Shown here: in pieces, positions 37,539 to 51,638 of the stretch | Layout: each line of letters begins with the position of its first letter | How positions within the stretch are numbered: position 1 is the stretch's first letter | Origin: Malacoraja senta | Lineage: Eukaryota | Reading direction: 5' to 3' | NCBI GenBank assembly: GCA_038087875.1 | Contig: CM075988.1 | Span: 24,678,001 to 24,742,000, forward strand | Length of the DNA: 64,000 bases | Position numbers and translations under genes: made by a program | The notes under the pieces: model-generated | The model's input: only the letters and a program-made list of their open reading frames with translations | What the model was told of the DNA's origin: nothing | Databases searched by the model: none

Positions 37539-40500
37539 AATCTCCAACAAATAAAAGCAAAATATTTTCACATCGAAGGAGTAAGTCTGACTAAGTATGC
37601 TGTGCTCCCTGTACACAATGAACACAAACGTACCAGCAGCCGCAAAAAGTATGCTTTAGCTTGCGATGGATTGTTTCACCCCATGCTTTCACCAGGTGTC
37701 ACTGCTCACCCGTGCTCAGGCTGTGGAAGAAATGCTCAAATCTTCAGGACAGAACAACCCAAGATGGCCTCTCACTGATAGACAAACACGGCAGAGATGT
37801 TAAACAAAAAGCTTGTAACAAAGCCCATTAGAACATGGATTTTCCTTGTTAAATGAATAAAAGTAAATCTTAAATCATTTGAGATATTTTTCAGATCTCG
37901 TACGTTTAATTTTAGATCTGGCAACATCACCTAAACTTCAGTAAAGTGCTATTTTATAGAATCATAAAAAATTATACTGCTGTATGTCATCATTTAGGTC
38001 ATGGTAGCCACATCAGCCAAAAATGTACTATTTTGATTCATCTCATTTCCCAGCTCTTAGCCCATAACCCTGTAGGTTTTGGCTCTTTATGTATTAGTAT
38101 GTGCACTTCCTTACAATTAATACAATTTGAAGTTTGCTTTGGCAATTGTATCCCTCAAATGGTTAACATTTTGCAGACACCATTGGTTTTTTAATATGAT
38201 AAGATCATTCACATTTTCAGTCCCATTCCAAGTCCTCTTCACTCCCTATCCCTGTGAGTTCCTCCAGCCTTCCAGCCCTCTGTTCTCTCTCTCCTTCTCT
38301 ATCCCCCTCCTCCCCTGCATATTTTCAGTTGCATTTCTTCCCGAATGGTGGCCATTCCTTCGGTTGCCCCTAAGCAATGGAATTATCCCCCAAATCTTTC
38401 CACTCCTCTGTCCCTCCTTTATGTTGCTCCATAACATTTACCTCATCGACTAACCATGGATCTGATGCCAAATTTTGTTTATCTCTCTTGCGAAACGTTG
38501 GAAAGGGGACTTATGTTGTTTGTGTAGACATGAATCTTTTGTTACAGATTTAAAATTTCCCTGTTAACCTTCTGCCTTAATCATGCAGCATGCTTCCCCC
38601 GGAATAGTGCCCCTTTTGTATGGAATTGTAGAATCTGTATCCCTGTACCTGGGCCTCTTTCAAATAGCTGTTCGGTCACAGGTTTTTTTTTTCTCCCTTT
38701 CTGCCTTGTAATCTTTTTTCCTCCCTTCTATATTACAAAATAACCCGTCGCAAACTGACTCTTCTTTAAGGAAAATTACAGCCTTGTAATAAAGAACTAA
38801 ATGATTCGCTCTGGTTTCTATAACCCTACACAAACCAAGCAAATTAAAATAAAACACTGCGATATTCATCTCCAATCGGAGAGGCAAGTCTGTTATTTAT
38901 ATTACTGCCAAGCCAGCAGAGGGAACCATAATTTCTGTCTGACAGTAACTTGGGTCTGTGCCAGCTCTGTTGCCAGGCAAAGCAGGGGAGCGGCCTCTGT
39001 TCACAAAACAGGTTCCAGAGAACCTGGAAGGTGGGAGTGGTTGGAGAGAAGTGGGGGTAGGGCAGGGTGAGGGGGTGAAGAAAGAACAAATGAAATAGAT
39101 TCATTGCCCACTCGGCGTTTTATCTTAAAATAACACAATGTCCAGCTCAACAACCTCCGCGCCTGCCGATCTTTCTTAAAGCTTTCCACTGCCAATTGTT
39201 TTAATTATTATTTTTGAAATGTTATTTAAGGACAGAACAAAAGGAACTGGAATTAAAATAAGCACTCTTTGTGCCGGCAGCCAGTTTAATTACTTTTGAA
39301 GTGCTGCCACTGTCACCCTTTGGGAAAATGTAGCACAGCGAAATCCCTCAAATTGACCTGAGTTGCACCACTGAATTATTATAAAGGGATACATTTATGT
39401 CCAGAGCACCATCCCAAACTCTTGTTCAAATATGGCCTGTCAGTTTTTTATTTTTCCCAAAAGAGCAGAAGGGTCTCAATATAACATCTCAAAAACACTT
39501 CCAATGTATTTAATACCTATCGCAACCTTTATAACCAATGAATATTTGAATTGTACATTCTCCTGAAACGCACCGACAATTTTGTAAAAATGGGTAAATA
39601 TCCTTTTTTTTTGTATGCAGTGATGTTGGTTGAAAGATGATTATTAGGTGGGACACCAGGGAGAACTCTGCTATACTGAATGAACAGATGCTTCATGTAA
39701 CTATATATAGACCTAACTAATTAGGTCTTAGGTATCAACGCAAACCCCTTCCTGTAGCCAACAATTCCAATGTTCTCTTCGACAACTATTTGGCATTGAT
39801 CAAGGTTGGAAACAACTTTGCTATCATTTATAACTGATGTAAACTTTGATCACACATCAACACCGTCACTGTCCGCTTATTTCTACCCTGTAATATCTCC
39901 ATGGTTCCCTGTCTAGACTGTTGCTGAAACACTCATCCATGTTTATGTTACCATAGCACTTGTCTATTCCAACATGCCCATGGAAAGCCTCCCATTTTCT
40001 CTCTTTCATAAACCTGAGGTAGTTCAAGACTTTGCTGGCTGTGTCCTAACTTGCATCAAACCCTGCTGTTCATTATTTCCATGTTTGATGACGTGCAGTG
40101 GCTCCTGGTTAAGCCGGATCTTAATTTATACAAGAATCCACTTTATTTTCAGTTTACCTCTTGCCCACTAGAAGAGCTATAATCGCTCTAACTCTAAAAT
40201 CTTCCAATCTATATGCTCTCTTCAAATTCTGAATTCTTGAACAATCCTGCTTGAACTGTCCTAGCACTGGTGGTCATATCCTCAGCTTCCAAGGCCTCAA
40301 AATCTAATATTTTCCCACTAAGAAGTAGTGCATCACTCCCTATATATAAAGTGATCATTAAACATAATTAGTCTTTAAATGCCCCTGTGAATGCTTTGAA
40401 ACATTTAACTTTATTAAAGGCAATTTATACATATGAAACACAGTTGCTTTTTATTGAAATAGAAGCATTGTATCCTCTATGTCCATTTCAGAGTGCAGAG

Positions 40501-43444
40501 GGACCTTGGTTCAAGATCTTTACAGAGTAATGTCACTGTCAACCATACAATGCTTCTGAGGTACAGGAGTGCCAGTGTGATTTATATATTAAAATCTTTG
40601 GAGTGGAACATAGAGAAAAGAATGTAGTCTTCTGGTAGCAAGTCCAGAACAATAGGTACTAACTCAAATTCAAGGGTGGTGTAAATAACCATTCCTTCAT
40701 ATAAAGGCTACCAGAAACCTGGAATCCCCCCATAAATTATTGAGGTTTTGGAAAACAGGATATTTCAAAACTGAGCCTGATTCATTTTTATTGAGGATTG
40801 GTATTAAATCTCACAGAACTGAAGGGGAAACATAGTAACGGGCCACTGATCAGCCAAAGGCTAGAATGGCAGAGCAAACTGAAAAAGATGAATGGCTGCT
40901 CCTTCATGTGTTGGACAATGGATTCCACTGCTCTCCAGAAGTTACAACGTTCTCCCCAAATCTGAATTCAAAGGTTTCTTTGGTGAGTACTAAGTTTCTT
41001 GCTCTTTGTAACGTACCTTGAGTAGTGAAGTACAATCCATAACACTCTATGATTGGAGGTCAAACCCAAGCAGATGGAAGAGAAAAATTAGGGGAGATGA
41101 CCAAATAAACATTCAAAGGGGTATGCTTGGAAGGTCTGGGATAGTGAGGTGGGGAATGTAGGAGTTTGTGTTAAGCAGTATTGACATATTAAAATAAATG
41201 CCTGGAGAAATGTTTCAGATACAGTGTGATAAGCATGAAGACTTTTGTCATCGATGATAGAGCAGAAGCCTTGAATCCACAGTGAAAACCACAGAGGAAA
41301 GAATCATGTGGTTAAGGATTCCAAGCTTAAAGAGGCTGGAAATGAAAGTCCTTGTCTCCAACCCACAGCAAGCTATTTCAGTCAACCTAACTGACTGAAT
41401 ATGTTTAATTCCCGGATAGACAAGGACGTACCTGGTATATTAATATCCTCATCAGCACCTACTGTCTGGAAGCGCAAGTGGCATTTCTATATTCATGAAC
41501 AAAGAGTTCATATTTTATGGTTGGCTTTCAATTTATTTATAAGTGTGAAGAAAGTTCTGTGGAACAGCTGCTCACACCCATTCACTGTACATTTTGCAAT
41601 AATGTGTAGTATTGGTCATCAATGCAGCTAATCAAATCATGGGGCCTCATTCACTTAATTGAACAAAGTTGCTAAATATAGTGTTAAGTCAGAACATATG
41701 CCAAGCTAGTCTCAGCTTGTTCATCCTACTGTTATTTTTAAGTCATCATTTATCTTAGATCCCCTGCTACCAAATTCCAATAACTTAAAAATACATTCAC
41801 ACAAGATATATCTTGCTTTCAAAGACCTGAAGCTTTCAGGATCATTCATGTATAAATTCAAAGCTGAGGAAAGCGGTTATTAGTTGGAAAGTTTCAAACA
41901 AAGAACAAATGGAATAATTAAGGGCAAGGGTAAAAAAAGGATCTCAGGTAGAACTTGGTTATCTCAAAGAACTGGTGCAGAATATGAGCTGGTGATTGAG
42001 CAGGTGGAATAAGAGGGTCCAACGAGCAATTGGATGTATAACTACTAGGATGGTTACACAATTGAGGGTTAATGTTAGAATAAACAATCATCCCTATTTG
42101 CCAGTTATGCTTCTGCACTGAATGACCCCAGGCATTGTCTATAGAGAGTAGTGAGCTGACTGGCTTCATAAGTTGTGATGAGACTCTGTACAATGTGACA
42201 GGACTTTCCATGACATAATAACATGTGTGGACAGGGTCATATCAAGTCCTACCCCTTTGTTGAGAAAAATCTTTTGACAGCTGGTTAAACCATGCCCTTT
42301 GGTTCATCTGACTGTCAAAGCTGTCAAAACACTGTTAAATAATATATTTAAAAAAAATGAAAATGTAAAAAAATTAATGAAGTAAAAAAAACAAAAAAGT
42401 TTGTTTATGTAGATGCCCCCTGGTAAGTGGAGGGGGATTCTTGCCATTTTATTGTCGATAGCTCAATTATAAACTGTCCAGTGTCAAAATGAAGCCATGA
42501 AACGACCACAACACAGCTGATTGCAACTCCATAACATTCTCGTTCAACGCACACCTGCACAAAAATGCCAAAACCTTTCAAGTAAGGAAAGTAATATTGG
42601 AAAATGATGATGAGTATGGTGTGTCGTTTTGGGAAGCTACTGCCTCAAGACAGAGATCCACCAGAAAACCCAGACCTAAAGAGCAGATGATGGCTGGCGT
42701 CGATGACATGCGCAAGTTCTTCGGCACTGTAATAGCCATCAGTACCAATCACAAAAGACCCCACTCCTGATAGCAGAGAATACAGATGACCTCCTCAGAG
42801 AGCCAGTCAGTGCCTGCTAGAAGGAACACTCTGAGGACCTCGTATGGATGACTCTGTCCTCAACATGAAAGTTTTGGCTCCATCCCACAGCAAGATATTT
42901 CTGCCAACCTCACTGACCAGCAAGAAGTCAAGACGATCATATATCAATTAAAAACCCTTGGGTGCAGACAGTATTAGACAATAGACAATAGGTGCAGGAG
43001 TAGGCCATTTGGCCCTTCGAGCCAGCACCGCCATTCAATGTGATCATGGCTGATCATTCTTGATGAAATCTTAAAACTCGACAGCAAAAAAGCTTTGGTC
43101 ACAAATTCACAATTACATCTGTGAAGAGGAGGATAGACCTGGGTCTTCAGCAATGTTGTAATTGTGACTATCTTAAAGAAAGGAAATAATTCCAGTTGTG
43201 GTAATGAGGTGTCTCTGCTGCCTGTCATGGAAAAAGTTATCATCACATTGACAAAAAGCAGATAGCTTGGGCAGAATTTTTTTTTCCAGGTGCTTTTGCC
43301 AGGAACAAAGACAGATTAAGGCACTAATTTTATAACCTGGTGTCTGAAATTGGCAGGGGCCAATTAGGAATACTAGAGAGTAGGTTAAAGGATATAATCT
43401 GGTCAATGGGTTCAGACAGTTTTTATATAGAATGATAGATACCT

Positions 43445-43750
43445 ACGTAGACGCAAAATGCTGGACTAACTCAGCAGGTGAGGCAGTATCTCTAGAGAAA
43501 AGGAATGGGCGATGTTTCGGGTCGAGACCCTTCTTCAGACTGATGTCAGGGGAGGGAACGGGACAAAGATAGAATGTAGGCAGAGACAGTAAGACCAGTG
43601 GGAGAACTGGGAAGGGGAAGGGGATGGGGAGAAAGCAAGGGCTATCTGAAGTTAGAGAAGTAATGTTCATACCGCTGGCGAAATATGAGGTGCTGTTCCT
43701 CCAATTTGCACTAGGCCTCACTCTGACAATGGAGGAGGCCCAGGACAGAA
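43445..43750 (-). mobile_element. Penelope-like (Neptune-type) 3' fragment
   Basis: Antisense KLEEQHLIF-coding segment, UTR and an intact hammerhead motif at ~43513-43541. Confidence 0.75.
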
Positions 43751-44654
43751 TGGGTCTGGGTTAAGACGTGGTCGTAGAGTCGGAGGGAAGGTGGAATCAC
43801 AGAGGGTGAGCAGTGAGAGGGGATGTTGCCGAACTCTCATCAGAGAGAGGAGGGGTTGGGTTACAGTCCAAAATATCTGAGGAAATGGGTTATATCCATA
43901 TTCATGGAATCCTGGGGTTGCGTTACAGACTGCAATATGTTTGAAGGATTTGAGTGCTTCATATCGGGAATAAATGAGTGAACCAATTACTGGAACCTGG
44001 TCAAGATCTCAAATGGTTTGTAAGTTCTGGAAAGCGATGAAGGTTCCCTGGTTTGAATGCCGAGTAAATGGATTTCTTTCTCGAGTAGCAAACCAGATTC
44101 ATGAGTTCAGTTAACATCATAAACCATAAAAGTGACGTTTGAATAGTCTAAAATAGTAATTTGAACCTTAAAATGAGATTACAGCCTAGGTCTGACACTC
44201 AGGCATCTGTTGTTTTTCCAACATATCATGCAAACTGATCCTTTGTTATCAAGCACTGCAGGCACAGACTGCTTTAAGTTGCAGATGATATTAATGAACC
44301 TGATGTCATTACTGCAGGTTTTTCAGACAAATTACATTTGATAATTATATTGTACAAGGTTTTTGCCTGGCACATCTGTCATGCTTCAAACATAACACTG
44401 TATAGAACATCAGCAAATCATATCTGTACAATCATAAAATAATATTAAAAGTGGAACAAAGCCATTATTTCCTATTATTTTATGAGGTATTAACCAAACA
44501 TGGTATTGGAGAGGAATCAAAACCATTGTCAAGAAAACCTGTACAGCACCATACTTAAAAACAGAAAATACTGGAAATAAACAGCAAGTCAATCCGCATC
44601 TGTGGGGAAAAAAAAACCTTTGTTACAATTGTGAAGGACTGAAAATAAACGTAG

Positions 44655-45065
44655 ACAGAAGGAACTGCAGATGCTGGTTTACAAAAAAACGCACAAAGTT
44701 CTGGAGTAACTCAGAGGGCAGGCACTATCCCTGGAGAACATGGGTAGGCGATATTTTGGGTTGGGACTTCTTCAGGCTGATTATAGTAGAGCTGAGAAAG
44801 TTGGATGGGAGGTGGGGGTGGGGCAAAATAATCTTGTTTCGCAACAGGGAGAATGGAGATGGAGATGTCTCTGATAAAGTAAACCCCAGGGTAAACACGA
44901 GGATGAAAAAAGACATAAAGTGCTGGAGTAACTCAGCAGGTCGGGCACCATTTCTGGGAAACATGGATTTAGGTGACATTCAATGATGTTGACCTGAAAT
45001 GTCACCTCACTTTTTCCCTTGCACTTTGTGTCATACTTGTAAGCCAGCATCTTCAGTTCCTTGAG
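44655..45065. mobile_element. Cluster of decayed Penelope-like fragments in both orientations
   Basis: Three partial copies of the gctggagtaactcag / gcagatgctgg unit. Confidence 0.6.
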
Positions 45066-45511
45066 TCTCCATCGAACATGAGGATAACTGTAAACAAGGT
45101 TATGGCATTTTTTGTTTTTATTTTCTATTTCCAGGGTCTGTAGTTTTTTTTTTTAAATTTTGAGCACCCTGTTGTTTTGGGCCAGGAACTTGTAATTCAA
45201 ATTCAACAAAAGATAATTCGGAAAGGAAAACAGTGGACTTAACAAAACTTCCATAACATAAATAACATAATTTTCATTTCGTATCCTGCATGCACCTAAT
45301 GCATTAATCCATGGAGGTTCTGAGACATGGCAGTGCCACCCATAGACATAAAGTGCTCATCGAGACACAACATCCAGGATTGAGGATCAAGCATATATCG
45401 GCAATAGTTCATAGTCCTTCAAAATACTTGTGAAGCTTACTTCAATGTTTCCTGAAGATTTTGTCTTTCTGGGTCCTACCCCATGGTGTCTTGAGCCAGA
45501 AACATACCTTA

Positions 45512-45726
45512 AGGGCCTGTCCCACAGGCGATTTTTTGAGCGACTACAGGCGACTGCCGCAAAATTTTCAACATGTTGAAAATTTCGGGGCGACAGTGGC
45601 GACAATTTTTGCTGTTGTAGGTTGTCGTAGGTGCTGTAGTAGCTTGTCACCAGGTGTCGTAGGTGAATTCCATTAAAACTAGTCCCTGGCAGTCGCCTAA
45701 AGAGTCGCCGAAGTGGGACAGGCCCT
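45512..45726. mobile_element. PIF/Harbinger-type MITE
   Basis: Perfect 14-bp TIR AGGGCCTGTCCCAC with TTA on both sides. Confidence 0.85.
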
Positions 45727-46918
45727 TTAGTTACGATCCCTTTTAAGCAATATCTAACCCATGCCATCTTTTGCCCCCACCTCTTTCCAATCCCATAGTC
45801 GCTGAGCTTCACCCTGGTCTCATGCAACTGCATCAACACCCACCCTACACCCTCACCCCTCCATAAAGCGCTGCACTTTTTGCGGTCTGAATTTTACAAC
45901 AGTGAACACTGATATTAAATCACATACGTACAAGTTCCACTCCTTTTCTTGGTAAATGTTACTGTAAAGGCTTTCTAACAGCAATCAACTTCTAATTGAA
46001 AACAGAGAAAGTCTATTATTGTTATTTGCCCACAGTAAACAGATGAGCAGAGGACATAAATATGGTCCTCAATATAAACAGGGCTAGCTATACAAGCCAT
46101 ACCATTGCCGCAGGAGGTCCAAAGCACTATACAGCCAATTAAATATTTTTGAATTATTACCACTACTGTCATCTCTTTCTTCTGATGCAGACCCTTGGGA
46201 TCAAGGGTTTGTTTCCTCTATCCATCAGGTAGATTTCTTGTCTTAAAGAGCTCAGAATAGTATGCATGTTTCAGGACTCTGGTGTTGAATATGTGATAAA
46301 CATGGCCTGCCTGTTGCAACCAACTGTATGTAATTTAGGCTTCAATGCTGGGGATATTTGCCTGGGAGAGAACACTGGAATGCTGCCAGTTGATTTGGAT
46401 GGAAGGAAAGAGCATGGATGTGAACTCTTCCATGCTTGTGCCTAAACAGTAACCCGTGTCGTAGAACCATCAAGAAGGCAGTGGATACTGGTGCCTGGGA
46501 GAAAATTAGCTTTCTGCCAGGTTTAAGATAATGATCTACAAACAATATATTTTCCTTTCTTTTACAATGCAGCCAACATGGCTGTTAATTTGCACTGAGC
46601 AAATGTTCTATAAACACCAGTATGAAATGTGCAAATCATTTGTTTCAGCACTAATAGCTGAGGAGTAACTATTGCACTTGCATCAAGACCTCTCCTATTC
46701 ATCAAATACAATAAAACTCTGATAACCCAGCATCGGAAATTGTGATGGTCCAGCATTTACTTCATTATTAGTCTAGAATGTGAGCTGGGTATGCAGCTGG
46801 AGCTGGACTTCAGAGCCCTTGTAGCTTTTCCACTCCCTTTAAACACCTCTGGGTCACTGGAAGATTTATTGCTGTGTAATGTTAAAAAAAAAAGTGAAAT
46901 GATAGTGTTTGGGTATTA

Positions 46919-47376
46919 GTAGTAGGCCCCCCTCGGTCGTGACTGACCATGGGTGATGTATCCTAGTTTGTCGGATGCAAGCCTGGGCGATGTCATATGG
47001 AGGACAGGCTGTTGCCCATGCAGCACGTCCCCCCTCTCCACGTTGCTGATCGATCCAAAGGAACAGCACGGCTGTTACAGTTTGGCACCAGCGCCGTCGC
47101 AGGAGCTGCCAGAGCGAGGTTGTAGACAACGACGAACTGCCTTAGGGGCTCCGACTCCGGATTTTCTTGAGGTTTACTCCTGGAGCCTTTTCCATGACTG
47201 GATATGGCCACAAGGCAGTGGAGGTTTTAAATCAGAGTTTTCCCTCTCCTAGATGGACTGCCTTCCCAGGCTGACGAGCCCCATCTGCCCGAGACTCGTG
47301 GGGGTGGGAGCATCTACCTTCCCGTGCAGGTCTATAGCACCTGCCCACTGCCCACTGCCCACTGGATATTGCTGCT
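46919..47376 (-). mobile_element. RTE-derived non-autonomous element (second copy)
   Basis: High similarity to 13182-13590 in inverted orientation; (tac)n tail; TSD tttgggtatta. Confidence 0.75.
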
Positions 47377-49159
47377 ATTTGGGTATTAATAGGAGTCTGG
47401 TAAACCTGCTGGTCCAGCAGTATCAGTCCCAAGGGTGTTGAATTATCAGACTTTTACCGTAGTACAAAGAGATCATTTCTGTTCACGTGGGAGGCCAGAA
47501 AGACTTTTGTTTAACCTTGTATCCAAAAGGCTGAGCTAGAAATTCCATGGCTAAACAGTCAAGGCACATGCATGAGGCTGCAATTGAGCTCATAGGAGAT
47601 CAGAGATCTCAGATTAGGGTTTGAACTTCATGGTTTCAGAACCAATATTGTTATCAAGCCCACTGACAAGGGAGGAGTCTGAAGAAAGGTCCCGGCCCGA
47701 AATGCCACCTATTCATGTTCTCCTACCTTATGCATGTGCTTTCACTTTTTTGTTATGGAAAGATATCAAGAAATAAGAATAACATGGACATAGTAACTAA
47801 AGCATTCCAAATCTAACTCCTTGTGTTTAAGTGGAATACTTTCTATTGCTCACATTATTCCTCTGATGCTGGAAACAGATATCAGTGAGCTGTCAATGCA
47901 CTCCAGGACCCAGGTAAACTTGTTCTGATGCAATATTGCTCGTCATCGCCATCTGAAGATGCTGGAGTACAATTTCCTGAAAGTAATTGATACTCAATCA
48001 CTTCAACCAATGGCTTCAGGCTTAGGGCCAAGGATTTTTTTCTTTAGTAGGCAAATCATTCACAGTGTGTGTGTGTCACAAACCATCTTGATCCCGTACC
48101 CATTTGATGATGCAGCATGTACATTTCCAGAAGGGGTTGACAACTAATGATCAGAGTTTGCAACTTCAGAAGAATTCACTCCTGTACTCTTGTTGCTGTA
48201 CAAGTTCTGCTCATTTGACTGAGTGATGGCCAGCCAATTCACCTGAAACTGCTGTCATGTACATATTTGACTTTACTTGCTCCCTATCTTGTCACTTCTT
48301 CTGGTTCCAGCTCGGATTTTAACAGGAATAATTTCAGCATTGGTCGTTGCTGCGGGACCAAAATATTGGCAGACATACACATTTTGACTGCTTCATTTCA
48401 AAGTTTTGGACGTTTTATAAGCTTAAATCCCAGGCTGTGATTATTTTTTGGCTCCATGACATTCTTTTACAATGTTAGATTTAATCAGCATATGTTATTG
48501 TCCATAATTTAAAGCTGTGACATCTCATTAAGTTAAATTCCTGAGATTGAATTTCAGGCACTGTTCAATATCAAATATGGAGAGAATGAACTGCTGCCTT
48601 AAGAGAAAAGGACTCATTATCACTCACAATACTCAATAACTTTTAAGGTTCCTGCCAAGAATTTGCTGGAAATCTTAGACTGTAATTTAAATTTATAAGA
48701 GTGTAAGGTATTTGAACATTTAGAGAGCATTCTTATGCACCATTTCATAAACTTGTATAGATTTATATGATTAATGACTTTTTTGCCTGTCATTCGATTG
48801 CTGTTTGCAGATGCTTTGTTTATATAGTGAGTCCTAACTGCATAGCCAAGTGTAACCGGGAAGAGGGAGTTACTGCGACAGGTGTGAGAAGACTAAATGA
48901 ATGTCAGCTGAGATACAGCCAATATGCCAGAGTTTTGGTGGTGGTTCAGTCATGTTATAACAGAACCTCAATTATCTGCATTGCCATACTTCACATTCCT
49001 GATTAGCTCTGTAATTTTTCCTGGGGCTCTGAGTAAGGGCCAGGAAACAATCAAAACCATGGAGTTGATTGAGCAGAACAATGGGAGTTAATGCATGTTC
49101 CAGAGAACATAGAACCTGAGACTTGAGAAGGGTCTAGTTTGAGCTGAGACAATGTGGCA

Positions 49160-49671
49160 TAGGGTTGCCAACTGTCCCGTATTAGCCGGGACATCCCGTT
49201 TTTTTGGCTAAATTGGTTTGTCCCGTACGGGACCGCCCTTGTCCCATATTTGACTGCTACTACTCGGGTCGAGGGGACTGTCGGGTTGGAGCGCCGTGTC
49301 CGGGCCCGCCTCACCCGTCCCGACGTAGTGCAGCCCATGGAGTGCAGCAGCAGCAGCGCCTCGCCCGTGACCCCGTCGGTCGGCAGCCTGGCCAGCTATC
49401 CAACCTTCGGACCTTCACTTACCGCCGACATCACCACCCCTCCTTCTCATGGCCGAGCATCAGTCCATGAGTTGGATGGGGCGCCGGACTTTGCGCGACC
49501 CAAAACTCCTCAGATGGCCCGCCGGCTGGGCTTTGTGTGCAGTCCAGCACCCGGGCCAACTCATCATTCACCCAGCCACGGCCGAGTCGGTCAACGAATT
49601 GCCTTCAGGAAATATGTCCCTTATTTTGAACTTTTGTCCCTTATTTGGGAGTGAGAAAGTTGGCAACCCTA
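49160..49671. mobile_element. hAT (Blackjack-like) MITE
   Basis: TIRs TAGGGTTGCCAACT / AGTTGGCAACCCTA; 8-bp TSD atgtggca / gtgtggca; CpG-rich interior. Confidence 0.9.
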
Positions 49672-50747
49672 GTGTGGCATGGTCCAGGTAACAATGCTGA
49701 GACAAGACAATGCTGAGTGAAAATCAGTGGTTGGGTCAGTCATCTTTCTTCCTTTTGGCAGATTCTTTATAAAAAGAAAAGTTAGCATATTATTTGTGTG
49801 TTTGTCCATCCCTCTCTGATTCCATCCAGGTCCCATGAGATATTTTCCTATTTTAAAGATGCTATTTAAATACAAAATGTGTTAAATACAATTGTTGTCA
49901 TGGGTACTATATAATGCTCATCCCTGCTTGTACAGACCATTTCACACCAGTCTGTGGCACATCAACATCGAAGTGAACTGGAATAAATAACGTGCAACAT
50001 CTTACTGATATAATAACTTAATACTTACAGGATGATCTAACTTTCTGCAATTGACAAATCCTACTTGTGAATTTGTTGCTGTCCCATCAAGTAGTTAAAA
50101 CAGGCATCTGCAAATTTTGTTTTTATTTGCTTCTTGGGGTTTTCTTTTCCCCATTTTTCTCAGTTATTCCTTTCCTTGACTTGCCAAATTTTCCGCTCTA
50201 CGGTAGGTTTTATATTCGTATCAGTTCATATGCCAAAATAGATTAATTAGTACGATACACTTTCATCTTTAATGGACTGCCAGATAACGTTATTGAAAAG
50301 GTGATGCAATGGCCATGTAACCTAAGTGCAGAGAGCTGCACCTCCTTCAAAATCTGTAGTTGAGTTTTCAGATAAGTTCATTTTGTGACGCAAAATGGGC
50401 CTTTTGAGGGAGCAAGTAATAAGTATTCAGGGATTTCATTAAAAGGGCAGAGAGAATTGCATAAAAGAACAAACTTGTTATAAAGTACCTTTCACAACCT
50501 CAAGATGTCCCAAGGAGCTTTACAGCTAATTAAATACTTTTAAAGTGTACACACTGTTGTACTGCAGCCAATTTGTGCACAGTAATGTTCCACAAACTGA
50601 AACATGATACATCACTATATAACTTTTGTTGTATTACATTGACTGAGGTGTCCAGAACACCAGGAAAATCACCAGGTCCTCTGCAAATAATATAGTTTAC
50701 ATTTATTTGAACAATTTATCCAGATTATGGGTCTTCTGATAGTGTAA

Positions 50748-51043
50748 AGGGCCTGTCCCACTTACGCGACTTTTTCGGCGACTGCCGGCACCCGTCATAG
50801 GTCGCCGAAAATTTTCAACGTTGAAAATTCAGCGGCGACCAGAAAGACGCTACGACTGTTTGGGCGACTGAGGAGACGACTCACGATCATACAGGCGACA
50901 CCCTGGTGACATGTCGTGAGTAGTCGCCCAAAGAGTCGTACCTTGTTCTCGTCGCCGCTGGATTTTCAACATGTTGAAAATTTTCGGCGACCTATGACTG
51001 GTGCCGGCAGTTACCGAAAAGTCGCGTAAGTGGGACAGGCCTC
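50748..51043. mobile_element. PIF/Harbinger-type MITE, almost fully palindromic
   Basis: TIRs AGGGCCTGTCCCAC / GTGGGACAGGCCTC; TAA TSD; inverted arms longer than 110 bp. Confidence 0.9.
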
Positions 51044-51274
51044 TAACACTCTCTGTTGCATTAGTTTGGCCAGGATAGAAGTTATGGTCAAATCTGTGGA
51101 AAGGATGTTGAACTCACAACCATCAGCTCCAATATCAAAAGTGCTACCCTTTTAGACACAGCCAATGCTTTGCACATATAGAAGTGTTATAACTGGCAGC
51201 CTCCATGGGCAAGGGTGAGAGGAAATTTAGCCAAGACACATGCGTGCACAAAAAATGTATCGTGAAATGTATAA

Positions 51275-51638
51275 TGGGTTTGCCAGCTCTGTTTTGACTT
51301 AATCCTGAAAGTTTCATCACATGACCAACCTACTTTCAACTATCCAGCCCACACCCTCTTCATTGTTTTTCCAGAATGCTTGTCCTCAAGATGCTCAACT
51401 AATTGGAAGTTAAATACTTTTTTCATTACATAATTAAATAACGTTTCCCCCTCTCCCCGTCTTTTTCTTATGTGTCCTCGTTTTTGCTATCAATATCTGA
51501 AAGTGCTAAAACAAAAGATTTAAAAATACATTTCCATCCTCCAATGACTGTTTGTGGATTTGCTCTGACTTGTACCGTGAGGATTTATCATGAATTCCTG
51601 GAGACTCCAGGACTATCTGGGTAGGTTGGGCACCCTAA
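51275..51638. mobile_element. Old hAT-Blackjack-like element
   Basis: Degenerate ends gggtttgccagc ... gttgggcacccta. Confidence 0.4.

Noticed and set aside
49160..49671. Second CpG island or promoter, with a 134-aa ORF
   Set aside because: Entirely bounded by hAT TIRs and an 8-bp TSD, so it is a young MITE.
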